DNA from: Octopus sinensis
Taxonomy: Eukaryota
Reading direction: 5' to 3'
Length of the DNA stretch: 58,104 bases
Assembly: GCF_006345805.1 (NCBI RefSeq)
Contig: NW_021833578.1
Location: 1 to 58,104 of the forward strand
In this document: piece after piece, positions 1 through 13,107 of the stretch
How the letters are laid out: each line of letters starts with the position of its first letter
Position numbering within the stretch: the stretch's first letter is position 1
Notes under the pieces: model-generated
What the model was told of the DNA's origin: nothing
Seen by the model: the letters and a program-made list of their open reading frames with translations, nothing else
Databases searched by the model: none
Made by a program: the position numbers and the translations under genes

Positions 1-77
1 AATCCTGGAATTATTTTGTCGATAAAAGATTGATGTGAATTGAGAGACTGAGAGTTGCGGATTTATTATAGAATTTT

Positions 78-146
78 ATACGTATACGTGTGTGCGTGTA
101 TGTAAATGTGTGTGTGTATATATATGTATATATGTATATATATATA

Positions 147-194
<48 letters not shown>

Positions 195-376
195 TATATA
201 TATATAATAATATATATAGATATTATAAATGTATATAATATATATACTATTATATATACATATATATACATATATATATGTATATACACGCATAGATATA
301 CACGCGCGTATATATATACCATATACTATATAAATCTAAGTATACATATATATATATGCATAAATAACTATATGCA

Positions 377-427
<51 letters not shown>

Positions 428-470
428 GCATGTATGTATATAATTTGTGTATGTATGTGTATGCATACGT
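78..470. repeat. (TA)n/(TG)n compound microsatellite
   Basis: Direct reading; explains the YI/IY ORFs. Confidence 0.95.
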
Positions 471-1233
471 ACAAAGACAACAGGGATCGATAAGTGAGTG
501 TGATAGGGAAGTGAGGAAGAACAATACAGACGATCGCTTGTAGTAGTAGTAGTGGTAGTAGTAGTAGAGAGAGAGACAGACAGACAGACAGAGAAAGAAA
601 GAGAGAGGGAGGAGAGAGTGAGAGAGAGACAGTGATAGAGAATGAGAAATTTTGCTGAAATCTGAAATGGATATGATGGTGTTGTTTCTGCTGTTGATCG
701 TGGTGATGATGATGGTAGCGGTGATGGTGGTGGTGGTGATGGTGTTGGTGGTCCCTCTGATAGAGGTGCCGCTAGTGTTTGTGCAATAACTGGCAGTGGT
801 GGAGTTTGAGGTGTTGATACCGATTGTTGTGGCGGCTGTAGTGTATGAGACGACGGCGGAGACGGAGGTGGTTGCGATATCGTATGTGGTGGCGGTGGTT
901 GTTGTGGCGGTGGTAGTATTAGTAATAACAGTCATGGTGACAGTTACAGCAGTGCTGATGGCAACGTCGTTGGCGATGGAGGACATAGCGAAAGAAATAC
1001 ATGGATTATAATAGTTTAGTGAATTAATCTCAATGTCTCTGTATTGAAATGTGACTGCTAAGATGATTTATCGATTGGACGTCTGATGTGTTTGTTTATG
1101 TAGTGTTCTTAGAAAGAGACGGTTCTGTAGATCGCCCTGTAATCTATGAAGACCTATCCTTAGATACTGAATTCAAATTCCAGTGGAATCGAATAATCTG
1201 CCCACGGGGCTTGACATTATAGACTAAGCCTAA

Positions 1234-1524
1234 GCGGTGAGCTGCCAGAGTCGTTCGAACGTCGTGCGAAATGCTTAGCGGTATTTCGTCCGTCGAGCTG
1301 GCAGAATCGTTAGCACGCCGGGCGAAATGCTTTGCGGTATTTCGTCTGTCGTTACGTTCTGAGTTCAAATTCCGCCGAGGTTGACTTTGCCTTTCATCCT
1401 TTCGGGGTCGATAAATTAAGTACCAGTTACGCACTGGGGTCGATGTAATCGACTTAATACCTATGTCTGTCCTTGTTTGTCCCCTCTGTGTTTAGCCCCT
1501 TGTGGGTAGTAAAGAAATAGGTAT
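1234..1524 (+). mobile_element. SINE-A (tRNA-derived): truncated older head 1234-1294 followed by a full copy 1295-1519
   Basis: A-box-like TGGCAGAATCGTT, B-box GTTCAAATTCC, central GCCTTTCATCCTTTCGGGGTCGATAAATTAAGTACCAG (resembles the Meta/MESC SINE domain, from memory), tail ...CCCCTTGTGGGTAGTAAAGAAATA; many copies in the window. Confidence 0.9.
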
Positions 1525-1624
1525 ATATATATATATGTATATACTGAGACGATGGCGGAGACATATCACATCTCCATGTGTATAATATGCGTATGCATAT
1601 ATGCGTGTGTATATTCATATATAT

Positions 1625-1685
<61 letters not shown>

Positions 1686-1721
1686 ATATAATATATATTA
1701 TATATATATATATTATATATA

Positions 1722-1764
<43 letters not shown>

Positions 1765-2527
1765 ACAGTAAGAGTAATGGCTAAAACAACGGCAAAGCCA
1801 AGAGCAATAACTCATAACCCAATTCCTTCAACGTTATTTCAAACAAACAATAAAAACTAAACACAAAATATGATTATTTACATTTAATGTCTTCATAGCG
1901 CTTCGAATCTCTTTGAATCTCCGTTGCCCCATCTCCAACCTCAGCAAAAGCGGTTTCTGGTTTCCAGTGCCGGATAGAATTAAGCTGTCTTTGTGCAAAC
2001 GTAACTGAATACCAATTTCTTATATAACATTAAGTGATTTCACATACCCTAAATTCTCACCTTATACCCTTCAAGCCTATCTACCTAAGTACCTCAACGT
2101 CACATCTAAATAATAACCATGATTTATTTAATCCGGCTCTAATAAAGAAGATTGTGGGATGGCCGACATAAAAAGAGAGCAATGGCGTGGGAAGAGACGG
2201 CCATTTCTTATCATAATTTCTTTTACCTTTTTTTATTTTTCATTCTTTCTGTCGCTCCTTCGTTATTTTTTCTTCATTTCTTTATCCATACATGCATTAG
2301 TCGCTCTCTTTCCTTATTTTTTGTTTTATTTTCTTTCAGCCATCTTTCTTTCCTGCTTTGATTTTATTCCCTATATTCTTTTATTCTTCGTGTTCTATGA
2401 ATTGTATGTTCTTTCCCATCTCTCTTTTATTTGTTTATTTCTCTATATCCTTTCTTAATTTAATTTCCTTTGTCTAGCAATCAGACTTTCTTCTATTCTT
2501 CCATTATTTTCCATATCTCTTCTCACT

Positions 2528-2560
<33 letters not shown>

Positions 2561-2561
2561 C

Positions 2562-2595
<34 letters not shown>

Positions 2596-2596
2596 A

Positions 2597-2786
2597 GATC
2601 GTTAGCCACTACACACATTTTTTCTCTCCTTGTTGTCTCTCCTTGTTTTTTCTGTGTCCCTTTCTGTAGACGAGCGTAGGCTCGAAACATGAAAGACTTT
2701 TTCTATTCCTGAGCGTTAAACTAATACATCTGTTTGTTTTGTACACGACCTGTCTTCGTCTTTTGTTTTATTTCGTAAACTCTTCC
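2597..2786 (+). mobile_element. Non-autonomous Penelope-like mini-element (family HH-1) with a decayed minimal hammerhead
   Basis: Homologous to 10309-10514(-); TTT-CTGTAGAC-GAGCGTAGGCTC-GAAAC-ATG-AAAGA at 2661-2696; (TA)n on both sides. Confidence 0.65.
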
Positions 2787-2802
2787 TATATATATATATA
2801 TT

Positions 2803-2870
<68 letters not shown>

Positions 2871-2877
2871 ATACATA

Positions 2878-3041
2878 TATACGACAGTCTTCTTGAGTTT
2901 CATTCCTACCAAATCCACTCAAAAGTCTTTGGTCGGCCCTTGGCTATAGCAGAAGACACTTGATGAAGGTGCCACGCAGTAGGATTGAACATGATTGGGA
3001 CCATGTGGTTGGTAAGCAATCTACTTACCACACAGCCACTT
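2878..3041 (-). mobile_element. SINE-B 5' half
   Basis: Reverse complement of the SINE-B head and CORE-like segment. Confidence 0.85.
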
Positions 3042-3259
3042 ATATACATATATGTATGTATTATATGTATACACACACACACACATACGCACACAGACAC
3101 ACACGAACACACTGACACATATATATATAACTATATGCGCGGACGTAGCTGTAAGTTAAGAAACATACTTCACAACCACATGGTTGCGAAGGGATTTGAT
3201 AGGAGGAAACTGAAAGAAGCGCGTTATATATATGTATATATATATTTACGTATGTGTGA

Positions 3260-3640
3260 ATGTGTATGTATATGTGTGTCTATGTATGCATGTATGTACG
3301 TATGTATGTATGTATGTATGTATGTATGTATGCATGTATGTAAGTATGTATGTATGCATGTGTGTATGTATATATGCATGTATGTATGTATGCACTTACC
3401 TCAATTGACATATCTATCAAGAATCATTATCATATGCATCAGTAATGACGGTGATGATTGTAATGATGATGATGATGATGAGGAGGAGGAGGAGGTTGGT
3501 AATATAGTCGACAACGACGAACATTGTTTTGATCATCACCATCAACATCATCACCATCATCATCATCACCGTTATCGCCGCCGTCGTCGTCATCATGATC
3601 ATCATGATCATCATCTCCATCATCATCATCATTGTCATGT
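3260..3640. repeat. (TATG)n followed by (GAT)n/(CAT)n microsatellites
   Basis: Direct reading. Confidence 0.9.
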
Positions 3641-4094
3641 ACAAAATCATTAAGCATTAATCCTCATTATTTTCCTTATTAGTATTATTAATACATTCAT
3701 TATTTTTTTATTATCTACTTAACGTTTATGGTGACACGCCTGCTTAATTTATATATTAATTATATATTCCACCGTTATAAATTTGAAGTGTTTGCATGTT
3801 TCAAATTCTTACTAACTCATTATCATTATTGGGTAATCCAGGATTTTGGGGGTTCCTTCATTGGCCCTCCTTTGAGTTTCCCCTGTATCAGGAGAACCGC
3901 ATCATTCATGTTACCGCATATTTTCTATATTATGTATACTGCTATCGCATTTCGCATTCCTTTCTATCTCTTTCTCACCATCCTTTATGTAAATCATGCT
4001 ACAACTGTCTACTGTCCTTGTGTTGTCCCCTTCATTTTTGCCCCTGTGCCAAATAAGGAAATCAACATCATCATCATCTTTATTATTATTATTA

Positions 4095-4647
4095 GGACGG
4101 CGAGCTGGCACAATCGTTAGTACGCTGGACGAAACGCTTTGCCTTTCATCTTTTCGGGGTCGATAAATTAAGTACCAGTTACGCACTGGGGTCGATGTAA
4201 TCGACTTAATACCTATGTCTGTCCTTGTTTGTCCCCTCTGCGTTTAGCTCCTTGTGGGTAATAAAGAAATAGGTAGTTCGTCTGCCACTACGCTCTGAGT
4301 TCAAATTCCGCCGAGGTCGACTTTGCCTTTCATCCTTTCGGGGTCGATTAAATTAGTACCAGTTACGTACTGGGGTCGATAAAATCAACTTAATCCGTTT
4401 GTCTGTCCTTGTTTGTCCTCTCGGTGTGTAGCCTCTTGTGGGTAGTAAAGAAATAGGCATTTCGTCTGCCGTTACGTTCTGAGTTCAAATTCCGCCGAGG
4501 TCGATTTTGCCTTTCATCCTTTCGGGGTCGATAAATTAACTACCAGTAAAGGCACTGGGTCGATCTAATCGAATTAATCACATTGTCTATCCTTGTTTGT
4601 CCTCTCTATGTTTAGCCCCTTGTGAGCAATACAGAAATAAGAAATAA
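4095..4647 (+). mobile_element. SINE-A head-to-tail trimer (4095-4271, 4272-4455, 4456-4647)
   Basis: Three bodies joined tail (AAAGAAATA) to the internal GGTATTTCGTC-like site. Confidence 0.88.
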
Positions 4648-4809
4648 GAGCCGATCTCCACCATATCACAACCTATCTTATCGTCTCAGAAATGATAAAA
4701 AAAAAAGAATTAGGAGGAGGTGGTCATGGTTAGAATATCTTTGATCATATGTCTTTACAATCAGGGTTAACCTGAGACTAAACAGCGATACAACAATAAC
4801 CATAGTGAA

Positions 4810-4943
4810 GGCGAAATGTCCCAGTGGTCAGGGCAACGGACTTGCGGTCGTAAGAACGCGGTTTCGATTCCCAGACCGGGCATTGTGAGTGTTTATTGAG
4901 CAAAAACACCTAAGCTCCACGAGGCTCCGGCGGGGTTGGAGGT
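4810..4943 (+). mobile_element. SINE-C (tRNA-derived) 5' part
   Basis: A-box CCAGTGGTCAGG, B-box GTTTCGATTCC; homologous to 15203-15800. Confidence 0.75.
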
Positions 4944-5182
4944 GAAATACCTATTCCTTTACTACCCACAAGGGGCTAAACATAGGGGAAACAAACAAGG
5001 ACAGACAAACGGATTAAGTCGATTATATCGATTCCAGTGCGTAACTGGTACTTATTTAATCGACCCCGAAAGGACGAAAGGCAAAGTCGACCGCGGCGGA
5101 ATTTGAACTCAGAACGTAGCGGCAGACGAAATACCGCTAAGTATTTCGCCCGGCGTGCTAACGTTTCTACCAGCTAGCCGCC
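4944..5182 (-). mobile_element. SINE-A
   Basis: Full reverse-complement copy; 20-bp microduplication of the head end at 5184-5203. Confidence 0.9.
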
Positions 5183-6136
5183 CTTTCTACCAGCTAGCCG
5201 TCCTTTCTAGCCGGCTCTTATTTCTAGCAGTCTCACAACTACGAAGGAGCGATTTTGTTTGCATAAGTTCATGATGTTATTAGCCGTGGTTGGTGGTGGG
5301 GGTGTCGTTGAATGTGCCGTTTGAGGTGATGGAGGTGGTGGCGATGCTGACGGTAGGGGTAGTATTGATGTGGCGAGTGATGGTTGATGCGGTAGTGCGA
5401 GTGGTGCTTGGTGGTAGCTGTGATGGTAGTGGTTGTACTGGGGTTGGGTGATGCTGATGGGGGGGGGTGATGGGATATGCGGTGCGATATGGCACACAGC
5501 AAACAGTGCAAGGAAGCCCGTCATTCCCCCCCACACACACACGCGCGCAAACGCACACACATACACGTAGATACACATACACATACATACACATGGATAC
5601 AGACGTACACACACGTGTGCGCGCAGATATCCAACATTTTCCATGCCCTCCCCTACTTGCTTGCCCAATTTCTGCAATTACTTTCAGTTTACATAACCGG
5701 AGCGCATCTCGTCGCCTCTGTCGTACACATACCCCTATCTAGCAAGCCTCACACACACATATACACTCATACACACACGCACACACATACACATTCACAT
5801 ACATATACATATACATATATGTGCATATACACAAACATATACATGTATATACATCACCCACATTACTGCATTCTTTACAGAACTTAATCACAGACACAAA
5901 CACACTCACACACACACATGCGCACACGCACACACACATACTGACACACACACAAACACACTCAAACACTCACACGTACACACACATATTCACAAATACA
6001 TGCGTAAACACAGAATTCACACCACTCCCAATGCACGCCAGATACACTTTTCTCTCGTCCAGTCCACATCATGTCCCGCCCTTGTTTCCGCTATTTACCA
6101 TCACACCACACGCCTCATGTCTTGCAACAACCACCG

Positions 6137-6199
<63 letters not shown>

Positions 6200-6519
6200 A
6201 TCATCGTGCCCACACGCTATATCTTTCGTTTCTCCATACCAAACCCTCAACCCCTTTATGGCCACCACCTCTCTCTCTCCATCCCTCTATACCTTCGCCC
6301 TCTCCTCTGAATCCATCTTTGTCATCCACCAACTCTAACAAGGGCCAGTGAGAAATCTCTACTTAGTCCCTATTCTTGGAAATAGCGAGGAACCCCTTTC
6401 TCGAACCACACCTATAGTCTCAGAAAATGAAGATGTATAGATAATATAGGGCCTCGAAATTTGCTGCAAACGACGAGATGGTCACGGTTAGTATGTCTTT
6501 AGTCATAGACCTGCTACAC

Positions 6520-7650
6520 TCCTCTGCCATCCACACAGTATCGTTCAACTCATCACCCTTCGACTCAAACCCATGCCCTTTTGTTCCATTTAAGTCCCTT
6601 CGGCTCCACATCACGCAGTGTCGTTCCATTCCCCTCCCTTCGACTGAAGCCCTCGCGATCTCGTTCTACTCGATTCCCTTTGACTCCGCTCCACGTAATA
6701 TCTTTCCACTCATCTCCCTTCGACTCAAGTCCCCTCGATCTCGTTCCCGTCAACTCCTTTCGTCTATACTCCACGCGATCACATTCCACTTAAGTTCCTT
6801 CGGCTCCACTCCATGCAGTGTCGTTCCACTCACCTACCTTCGATTCCACTCCACGTGATCACGTTTCTCTAGACTCCCGTCAGTACCACTCGACTCTCTT
6901 TGGCACCATTCGACTCCCGTCGGTACCACTTCACACCTTTCAGTACCACTCCACTCCCTTCGAATACACTTCACGCAGTGTCGTTCCATTTACCTATATT
7001 CGATTCTACTCCACGCGATCACGTTCCTCTCGACTCCCGTCAGTACCACTCGACTCTCTTTGGTACCATTCGACTCTCGTCGGTACCACTTCACACCTTT
7101 CGGTACCACTCCACTCCCTTCGAATACACTCCACGCAGTGTTGCTCCATTCACCTATCTTCGATTCCACTCCACGCGATCACGTTCCTCTCGACTCCCTT
7201 TGGGACCACTCGACTCTCTTCGGTACCATTCGACTCTCGTCGGTACCACTTCACACCTTTCGGTACCACTCCACTCCCTTCGAATACACTTCACGCAGTG
7301 TCGTTCCATTCACCTATCTTCGATTCTACTCCACGCGATCCCGTTCCTCTCGACTCCCGTCAGTACCACTCGACTCTCTTCGGCACCATTCGACTCTCGT
7401 CGGTACCACTTCACACCTTTCGGTACCACTCCACTCCCTTCGAATACACTTCACGCAGTGTCGTTCCACTCACCTATCTTCGATTCCACTCCACGCGATC
7501 ACGTTCCTCTCGAATCCCTTCGGTACGACTCGACTCCCGTCGGTGCTACTCGACTCCCTTCGGGACCACTTGACTCTCTTCGGTACCATTCAAATCCCTT
7601 CGGCCTACTTCACGCAGTGTCATTCCACTCACCAACCTTCGACTCCTCTC
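6520..7650. repeat. Satellite with a 160-bp higher-order unit of eight 20-bp monomers
   Basis: CACGCAGTG-like marker near 6811, 6971, 7131, 7291, 7451, 7610; monomer consensus about CGACTCCCTTCGGTACCACT. Confidence 0.9.
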
Positions 7651-7712
7651 CACGCGGTCTCGTTCCTCATCATTCAATCTCATTCATCTCAGCTTCCTTC
7701 TTCATCACTCTC

Positions 7713-8168
7713 ACTCTACTCAATGTACACAACTAGATATCACTGCACTCCACACAACTCCACTCCACTCAACTCGAAGCTACGACATTCCACTCAACCC
7801 GACACAATATCTCTCTTCCTCTCATGACACCACTCCACCCAACACCACTCATATCTCGTTGTACACTTTTCTTCACAGTACTATTTCCTCTCCACCATGT
7901 TCACCACCACTCCAACTCACTCCACCCTTACTCCACTTCCACTCTACTCAATGTACACAACTAGATATCACTGCACTCCACACAACTTCACTCCACTCAA
8001 CTCGAAGCTACATTGCACTCAACCCGACACAATTTCTCTCTTCCTCTCATGACACCACTCCACCCAACACCACTCATATCTCGTTGCACACTCTTCTTCA
8101 CAGTACTATTTCCTCTCCACCATGTTCACCACCACTCCAACTCACTCCACCCTTACTCCACTCCCACT
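7713..8168. repeat. Tandem duplication, 2 x ~228 bp
   Basis: ACTCTACTCAATGTACACAACTAGATATC at 7713 and 7941. Confidence 0.88.
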
Positions 8169-9239
8169 CAACTCCATCCACCCTCATTCCCCTCAATCAT
8201 ATCAGAAGAAATCAATATATACTGAAGCGATGATATTGCATCTTTTAAAATAGAGGTTTTGCTCCGTGGTGTTCGGGCGGTGGTGGAGTGTTGTCGCGAA
8301 GCTTGAGCTGCGATGGTGGTGTTGTTTTTGCTGTGTTGGTGGTGTTGGTGGTTGTGTTGGCTGAGATGTGACCATTATGTAGTAATTCTATAACTTCCAT
8401 ACTCCTATGTATGAGTGTGTGTGCATGTATGTATGTATGTATGTATGTATGCATGTATGTATGTATGTATGTATGTATGTATATATATATATATATATAT
8501 AAATATATATATATAGATGCGTACACTCACACAAATAAAAGCAAGCACATCCATATATGCTCATACACTCCCATACACAAACAGGCGCTCACACACTCAC
8601 ACATATATTTATATATACATACACCCACACTGATGCGTGTACTCATACAGGAATACAAATCGACACACTTTCATACACACACACACATATATATATATAC
8701 ATATAATTACATATACATGTGCATGATTGCATATATACATGTATAACACGTGACATTGCCTTATTCCCTTCACATAATAACAACACAAATTCTTCCACCC
8801 CACACACCAACCCATCAGTGCCAAAAAGAAGTGAAAACAAAAGGATAAAAACTGGGGGAAATGAACGAAAACAAACACGAACTCCCCAACTCTTTCCTGT
8901 AAAAAAAAACAATACAACTCTATATCTGCCCATCTCCAGTCCGTATCGAAACCTTCTCCCTCCGCTTCCAGTAGCACCATCACCATCAGCTACTAATCAA
9001 CTACTGCTTCTCTCCTCCCTATATAATTCCCCTATTCTAGGAAAATAAGTTATCAAATTATGAAAGGGAACATCCAGCTGTCACCTCTGGGTTCTGTTGA
9101 CACAAGTCCGTCTGTCTGTCTGTCTTTGAACCAATCTGTCTTGTCTTTGAGTCTGACTGTCTGCCTCTGTGTTTGTGTCTATTTTCCTGTCTATCGATCT
9201 GTAGGTCTATCAGTCTGTTCGTCTGTGAGTCTGTCAGCC

Positions 9240-10195
9240 TGTGAGTCTGTCTGTCTGTGAGTCTCTCGGTTTCTCAGTTTGTCGGTCTGTGAATCTGTCG
9301 GTCGGCGAACCTGTCCGTCTCTGTGCCTGTCTGTCTGCCTGAAAGTCTGCATCTTTGAGTACCCCTGTTCCGTTGTCTGGCTCTGTACTTGTTTGTATTT
9401 GAACCTATCTTTCCTTGAGTCTATCTGTCTATCTGACTGTGAGTCTCTCGGTTTCTCAGTTGGTCGGTCTGTGAGTCTGTCGGCCGGCGAACTTATCCGT
9501 CTCTGTACCTGTCTGTCTGCCTGAAAGTCTGCATCTTTGAGTACCCCTGTTCCGTTGTCTGGTTGTGTACTTGTTTGTATTTGAATCTATCTTTCCTTGA
9601 GTCTATCTGTCTGTCTGACTGTGAGTCTCTCGGTTTCTCAGTTTGTCGGTCTGTGAGTCTGTCTGTCTGTGAGTCTCTCGGTCGTCGAACCTGTCCGTCT
9701 CTGTGCCTGTCTGTCTGCCTGAAAGTCTTCATCTTTGAGTACCCCTGTTCCGTTGTCTGGCTGTGTACTTGTTTGTATTTGAATCTGTCTTTCCTTGAAT
9801 CATTCTGTCTGTCTGTCTGTGAGTCTCTCGGTTTCTCAGTTTGTCGGTCTGTGAGTCTGTCCGTCTGTGAATCTGTCGGTCGGCGAACCTGTCCGTCTCT
9901 GTGCCTGTCTGTCCGCCTGAAAGTCTGCTTCTTTGAGTACCTCTGTTCCGTTGTCTGGCTGTGTACTTGTTTGTATTTGAATCTATCTTTCCTTGAGTCA
10001 TTCTGTCTGTATGTCTGTCTGTCTGTGAGTCTCTCGGTTTTTCAGTTTGTCGGTCTGTGAGTCTGTCGGCCGGCGAACCTGTCCGTCTCTGTACCTGTCT
10101 GTCTGCCTGAAAGTCTGTTTCTTTGAGTACCCCTGTTCCGTTGTCTTGCTGTGTACTTATTTGTATTTGAACCTATCTTTCTTTGAGTCAATCTG
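9240..10195. repeat. Tandem repeat, 5 x ~180-198 bp, CTGT-rich
   Basis: GAACCTGTCCGTCTCT-like marker near 9308, 9490, 9687, 9885, 10076. Confidence 0.88.
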
Positions 10196-10308
10196 TCAGT
10201 CTGCGAAAACATGCGTCATTCCTTCGGCTGTCAGGCTGTCTTATTTCATTATTGCCCACAAAGGGGCTAAACATAGAGGGGACAAACAAGGACAGACAAA
10301 GGGATAAT

Positions 10309-10514
10309 GTATAACGGGAAAGTTTACGAAAATAAACAAAAGACGAATGTAGGTGGAGTACAAACAAACAAATGTATTAGTATAGCGCTCAGGAATAGAA
10401 ATAGAAAAAAGTCTTTTACGTTTCGAGCCTACGCTCTTCGACAGAAAGATACACAGAAAAAAAACAAGGAGAGAAGCAAAGAGAGAGAAAAAATGCGTGT
10501 AGGAGCTAACGATT
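10309..10514 (-). mobile_element. HH-1 Penelope-like mini-element
   Basis: Homologous to 2597-2786; abuts (TA)n. Confidence 0.7.
10412..10449 (-). ncRNA. Minimal type I hammerhead-like motif (variant core CUGUCGAA)
   Basis: TCTTT-CTGTCGAA-GAGC(GTAG)GCTC-GAAAC-GTA-AAAGA; 5-bp stem I, 4-bp stem II; A6 replaced by U. Confidence 0.55.
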
Positions 10515-10756
10515 ATATATATACAGGTGTGTCAAAGACGTCTGAGGCTTCTAAAATTAGGGAAGAAATTCGTGTGATGATGTTGCGGTTTTAGTAATGT
10601 ACCGGTAGTTGTGTTCCGATAACCTAACAGCGTGGCGTTGTATGGTTGTGGTGTAGTAGTGCCAAGCTAATGTTCTGGTAGTGGTGGTGGCAGTAATGAT
10701 GCTGGTGGTGGTGATGGCTGTGGTGTTACTGGTAGTGGTAGTGGTGTCAGAATTGG

Positions 10757-10985
10757 CGGCGAACTGGAAGAATCGTTAGCACGCCGGGCGAAATGCTTAG
10801 CAGTATTTCGTCTGTCGCTACGTTCTGAGTTCAAATTCCGCCGAGGTCGACTTAGCCTTTCAACCTTTCGGGGCCGATTAAATAAGTACCAGTTACGCAC
10901 TGGGATCGATATAATCGACTTAATCCGTTTGTCTGTCCTTGTTTGTCCCCTCTATGTTTAGGCCCTTGTGGGTAGTAAAGAAATA
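10757..10985 (+). mobile_element. SINE-A with a 41-bp flanking duplication
   Basis: Full copy; 10716-10756 matches 10986-11026 with 2 mismatches. Confidence 0.9.
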
Positions 10986-11360
10986 GGCTGTGGTGTTGCT
11001 GGTAGTGGTGGTGGTGTCAGAATTGGTTTTGGTAGTGGTGGTGCTGGTGCTGGTGGTGGAGCAGCGGTTGCTGGTGGTGGTGGTGGAAGTGGTGGTGCTG
11101 CGGGTAGTGGTGTCATTAGTGGTGGTAGTGTTGCGGTATTGGTGGTGTTATGGTGGTAGTGGTGCTGGTGGTGTTGGGGCGGTGCGATGATTCAGTGACA
11201 CAGTTGTTTAACAATATTTATAATAGAGATAATGGAAGGGATGCGCACGTTCATAATTCGGACATCAAATCCTTAGAGTGGCGGTTGCTGTTGCGGCGGG
11301 TTGGGGGGTGAAGGTTGTGAGGGTGGTGGCAATGGTAGTGGTAGTGATGGTGGGGGTGGT

Positions 11361-11600
11361 TGTGGTGCTGGTAGTGGTGGTGGTGATAGTGGTTGTAACG
11401 TTGGTGGGTTGGTGGCGATTGTGGTGGCGGGGAAGGATCGACGTAGCTGTAGCGGATGGTTTGGGTGATGGCCATGGTGATGGTGGTGGTTGTGGTGCTG
11501 GTAGCGGTGGTGGTGATAGTGGTTGTGACGTTGGTGGGGTGGTCGCGATTGTAATGGCGGGGAAGCATTGACGTAGCTGTAGCGGATGGTTTGGGTGATG
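11361..11600. repeat. Tandem duplication, 2 x ~130 bp, in (GGT)n-rich DNA
   Basis: TGTGGTGCTGGTAG...GACGTAGCTGTAGCGGATGG at 11361 and 11491. Confidence 0.8.
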
Positions 11601-12255
11601 GCAATGGTGATTATGGTAATGATGTTGGGGGTGGCGGCGCTGCTGTTTGTGGTAATTGTGATGGTCGTGGTAGTGGTGGTTGTGCTGGTGGTTGTAGTGG
11701 TGACAAATTTATAAGGGGTTGGTCAGGATAGTATCGGTTGTAGCATTGATGGTGGATTGTAGGATTGCAGTGTATTCTTATTGGAAGTTGTAGCAGGGGT
11801 GATAGTCAGTGTTTGACTGTGATGGTTGCAAGGCTGCTCTAGTACTAACAGCAGTGGTTTAGGCTGTAGTAGTAGCTGTTGTTGTTATTATAGTGGTGGA
11901 GGATATAGTGTTGGTGGTGGTAACTGTCTGGTTGGTCGTAGTGCTAGTGGAGGATGAGGTAGTAGTACTCCCTTCTGTTATTCGTCGACTTTATTGGATT
12001 TAGGGTGAGATGTATGTAGCAAAGACAGTAAGGACTACGACAATGATGGAGGTGGTGATGGGGTGAGGAGAAGAGCATGATGATGATGATGATGATGATT
12101 TTGCTTCCCAACCTTATGATTTCGGGTTCTAACCCACTGCGTGGCATCATGTGGAAAGCACCTTTTACTATAGCTTCGGGCTCCGACCAAAGCCTAGTGA
12201 GTGGATTTGATTGATGGAAACTCAAAGAAGCCTCTCGTATATATATATTATATAA

Positions 12256-12473
12256 GGCGGCGAGCTGGTAGAAACGTTAGCACGCCGGGCGAAATTCGTC
12301 TATCGTTACGTTCCGAGTTCAAATTCCGCCGAGGTCGATTTTGCCTTTCATCCTTTCGGGGTCGATAAATTAAGTACCAGTTACGCACTGGGGTCGATGT
12401 AGTCGACTTAATCCGTTTGTCTGTCCTTGTTTGTCCCCTCTGTGTTTAGCCCCTTGTGGATAGTAAAGAAATA
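12256..12473 (+). mobile_element. SINE-A (internal deletion)
   Basis: Head, B-box, core and tail; sits in (TA)n. Confidence 0.88.
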
Positions 12474-12490
12474 TATATATATATATATAT

Positions 12491-12912
12491 AGACGCAGGA
12501 GTGGCTGTGTGGTAAGTAGCTTGCCTACCAACCACATGGTTCTGGGTTCAGTCCCACTGCGTGGCATCTTGGGCAAATGTCTTCTGCTATAGCCTCGGGC
12601 CGACCAATGCCTTGTGAGTGGATTTGGTAGACGGAAACTGAAAGAAACCTGTCGTATAGATGTATATATATATGTATGTATGTGTGTGTATATGTTTGTG
12701 TGTCTGTGTTTGTCCCTCTAGCATTGCTTGACAACCGATGCTGGTGTGTTTACGTCCCCGTCACTTAGCGGTTCGGCAAAAGAGACCGATAGAATAAGTA
12801 CTGGGCTTACAAAAAATAAGTCCCGGGGTCGATTTGCTCGACTAAAGGCGGTGCTCCAGCATGGCCGCAGTCAATGACTGAAACAAGTAAAAGAGTAAAA
12901 GAGTAAAGAGTA
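12491..12912 (+). mobile_element. SINE-B, full length
   Basis: tRNA-like head GCAGGAGTGGCTGTGTGGTAAG...GGTTCAGTCCC, CORE-like CTTGGGCAAATGTCTTC, internal microsatellite, (TAAAAGAG)n tail. Confidence 0.92.
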
Positions 12913-13019
12913 TATATATATATTAAAGCACATAGAGAAATACAATTGACATATAAATTTAACATTATAATATAATTATACTTTAAAAAGATATAATATG
13001 ATATGATTTAACAAATACA

Positions 13020-13107
13020 AACATATTCTACCAGTATACGAAGTTTAAAAGTGTTTAGTTACATAGAAATTATTTTTAAAAAACTGCCATTCAAACCGAA
13101 AAGATCC
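13020..13107. mobile_element. Solo end fragment of the GGATC MITE family
   Basis: Reverse complement of 13428-13515; ends AACCGAAAAGATCC. Confidence 0.75.

Noticed and set aside
336-986. Thr-rich mucin-like ORF (similar case at 18740-19312)
   Set aside because: Derived from (GGT/ACC)n low complexity and runs into microsatellites; no splice or domain evidence
6818-7827. Three overlapping ~250-280-aa ORFs
   Set aside because: All three frames are open across the 160-bp satellite; no domain signal
12491-12560. tRNA genes at SINE heads
   Set aside because: A/B boxes are present but continue into SINE bodies; no complete cloverleaf
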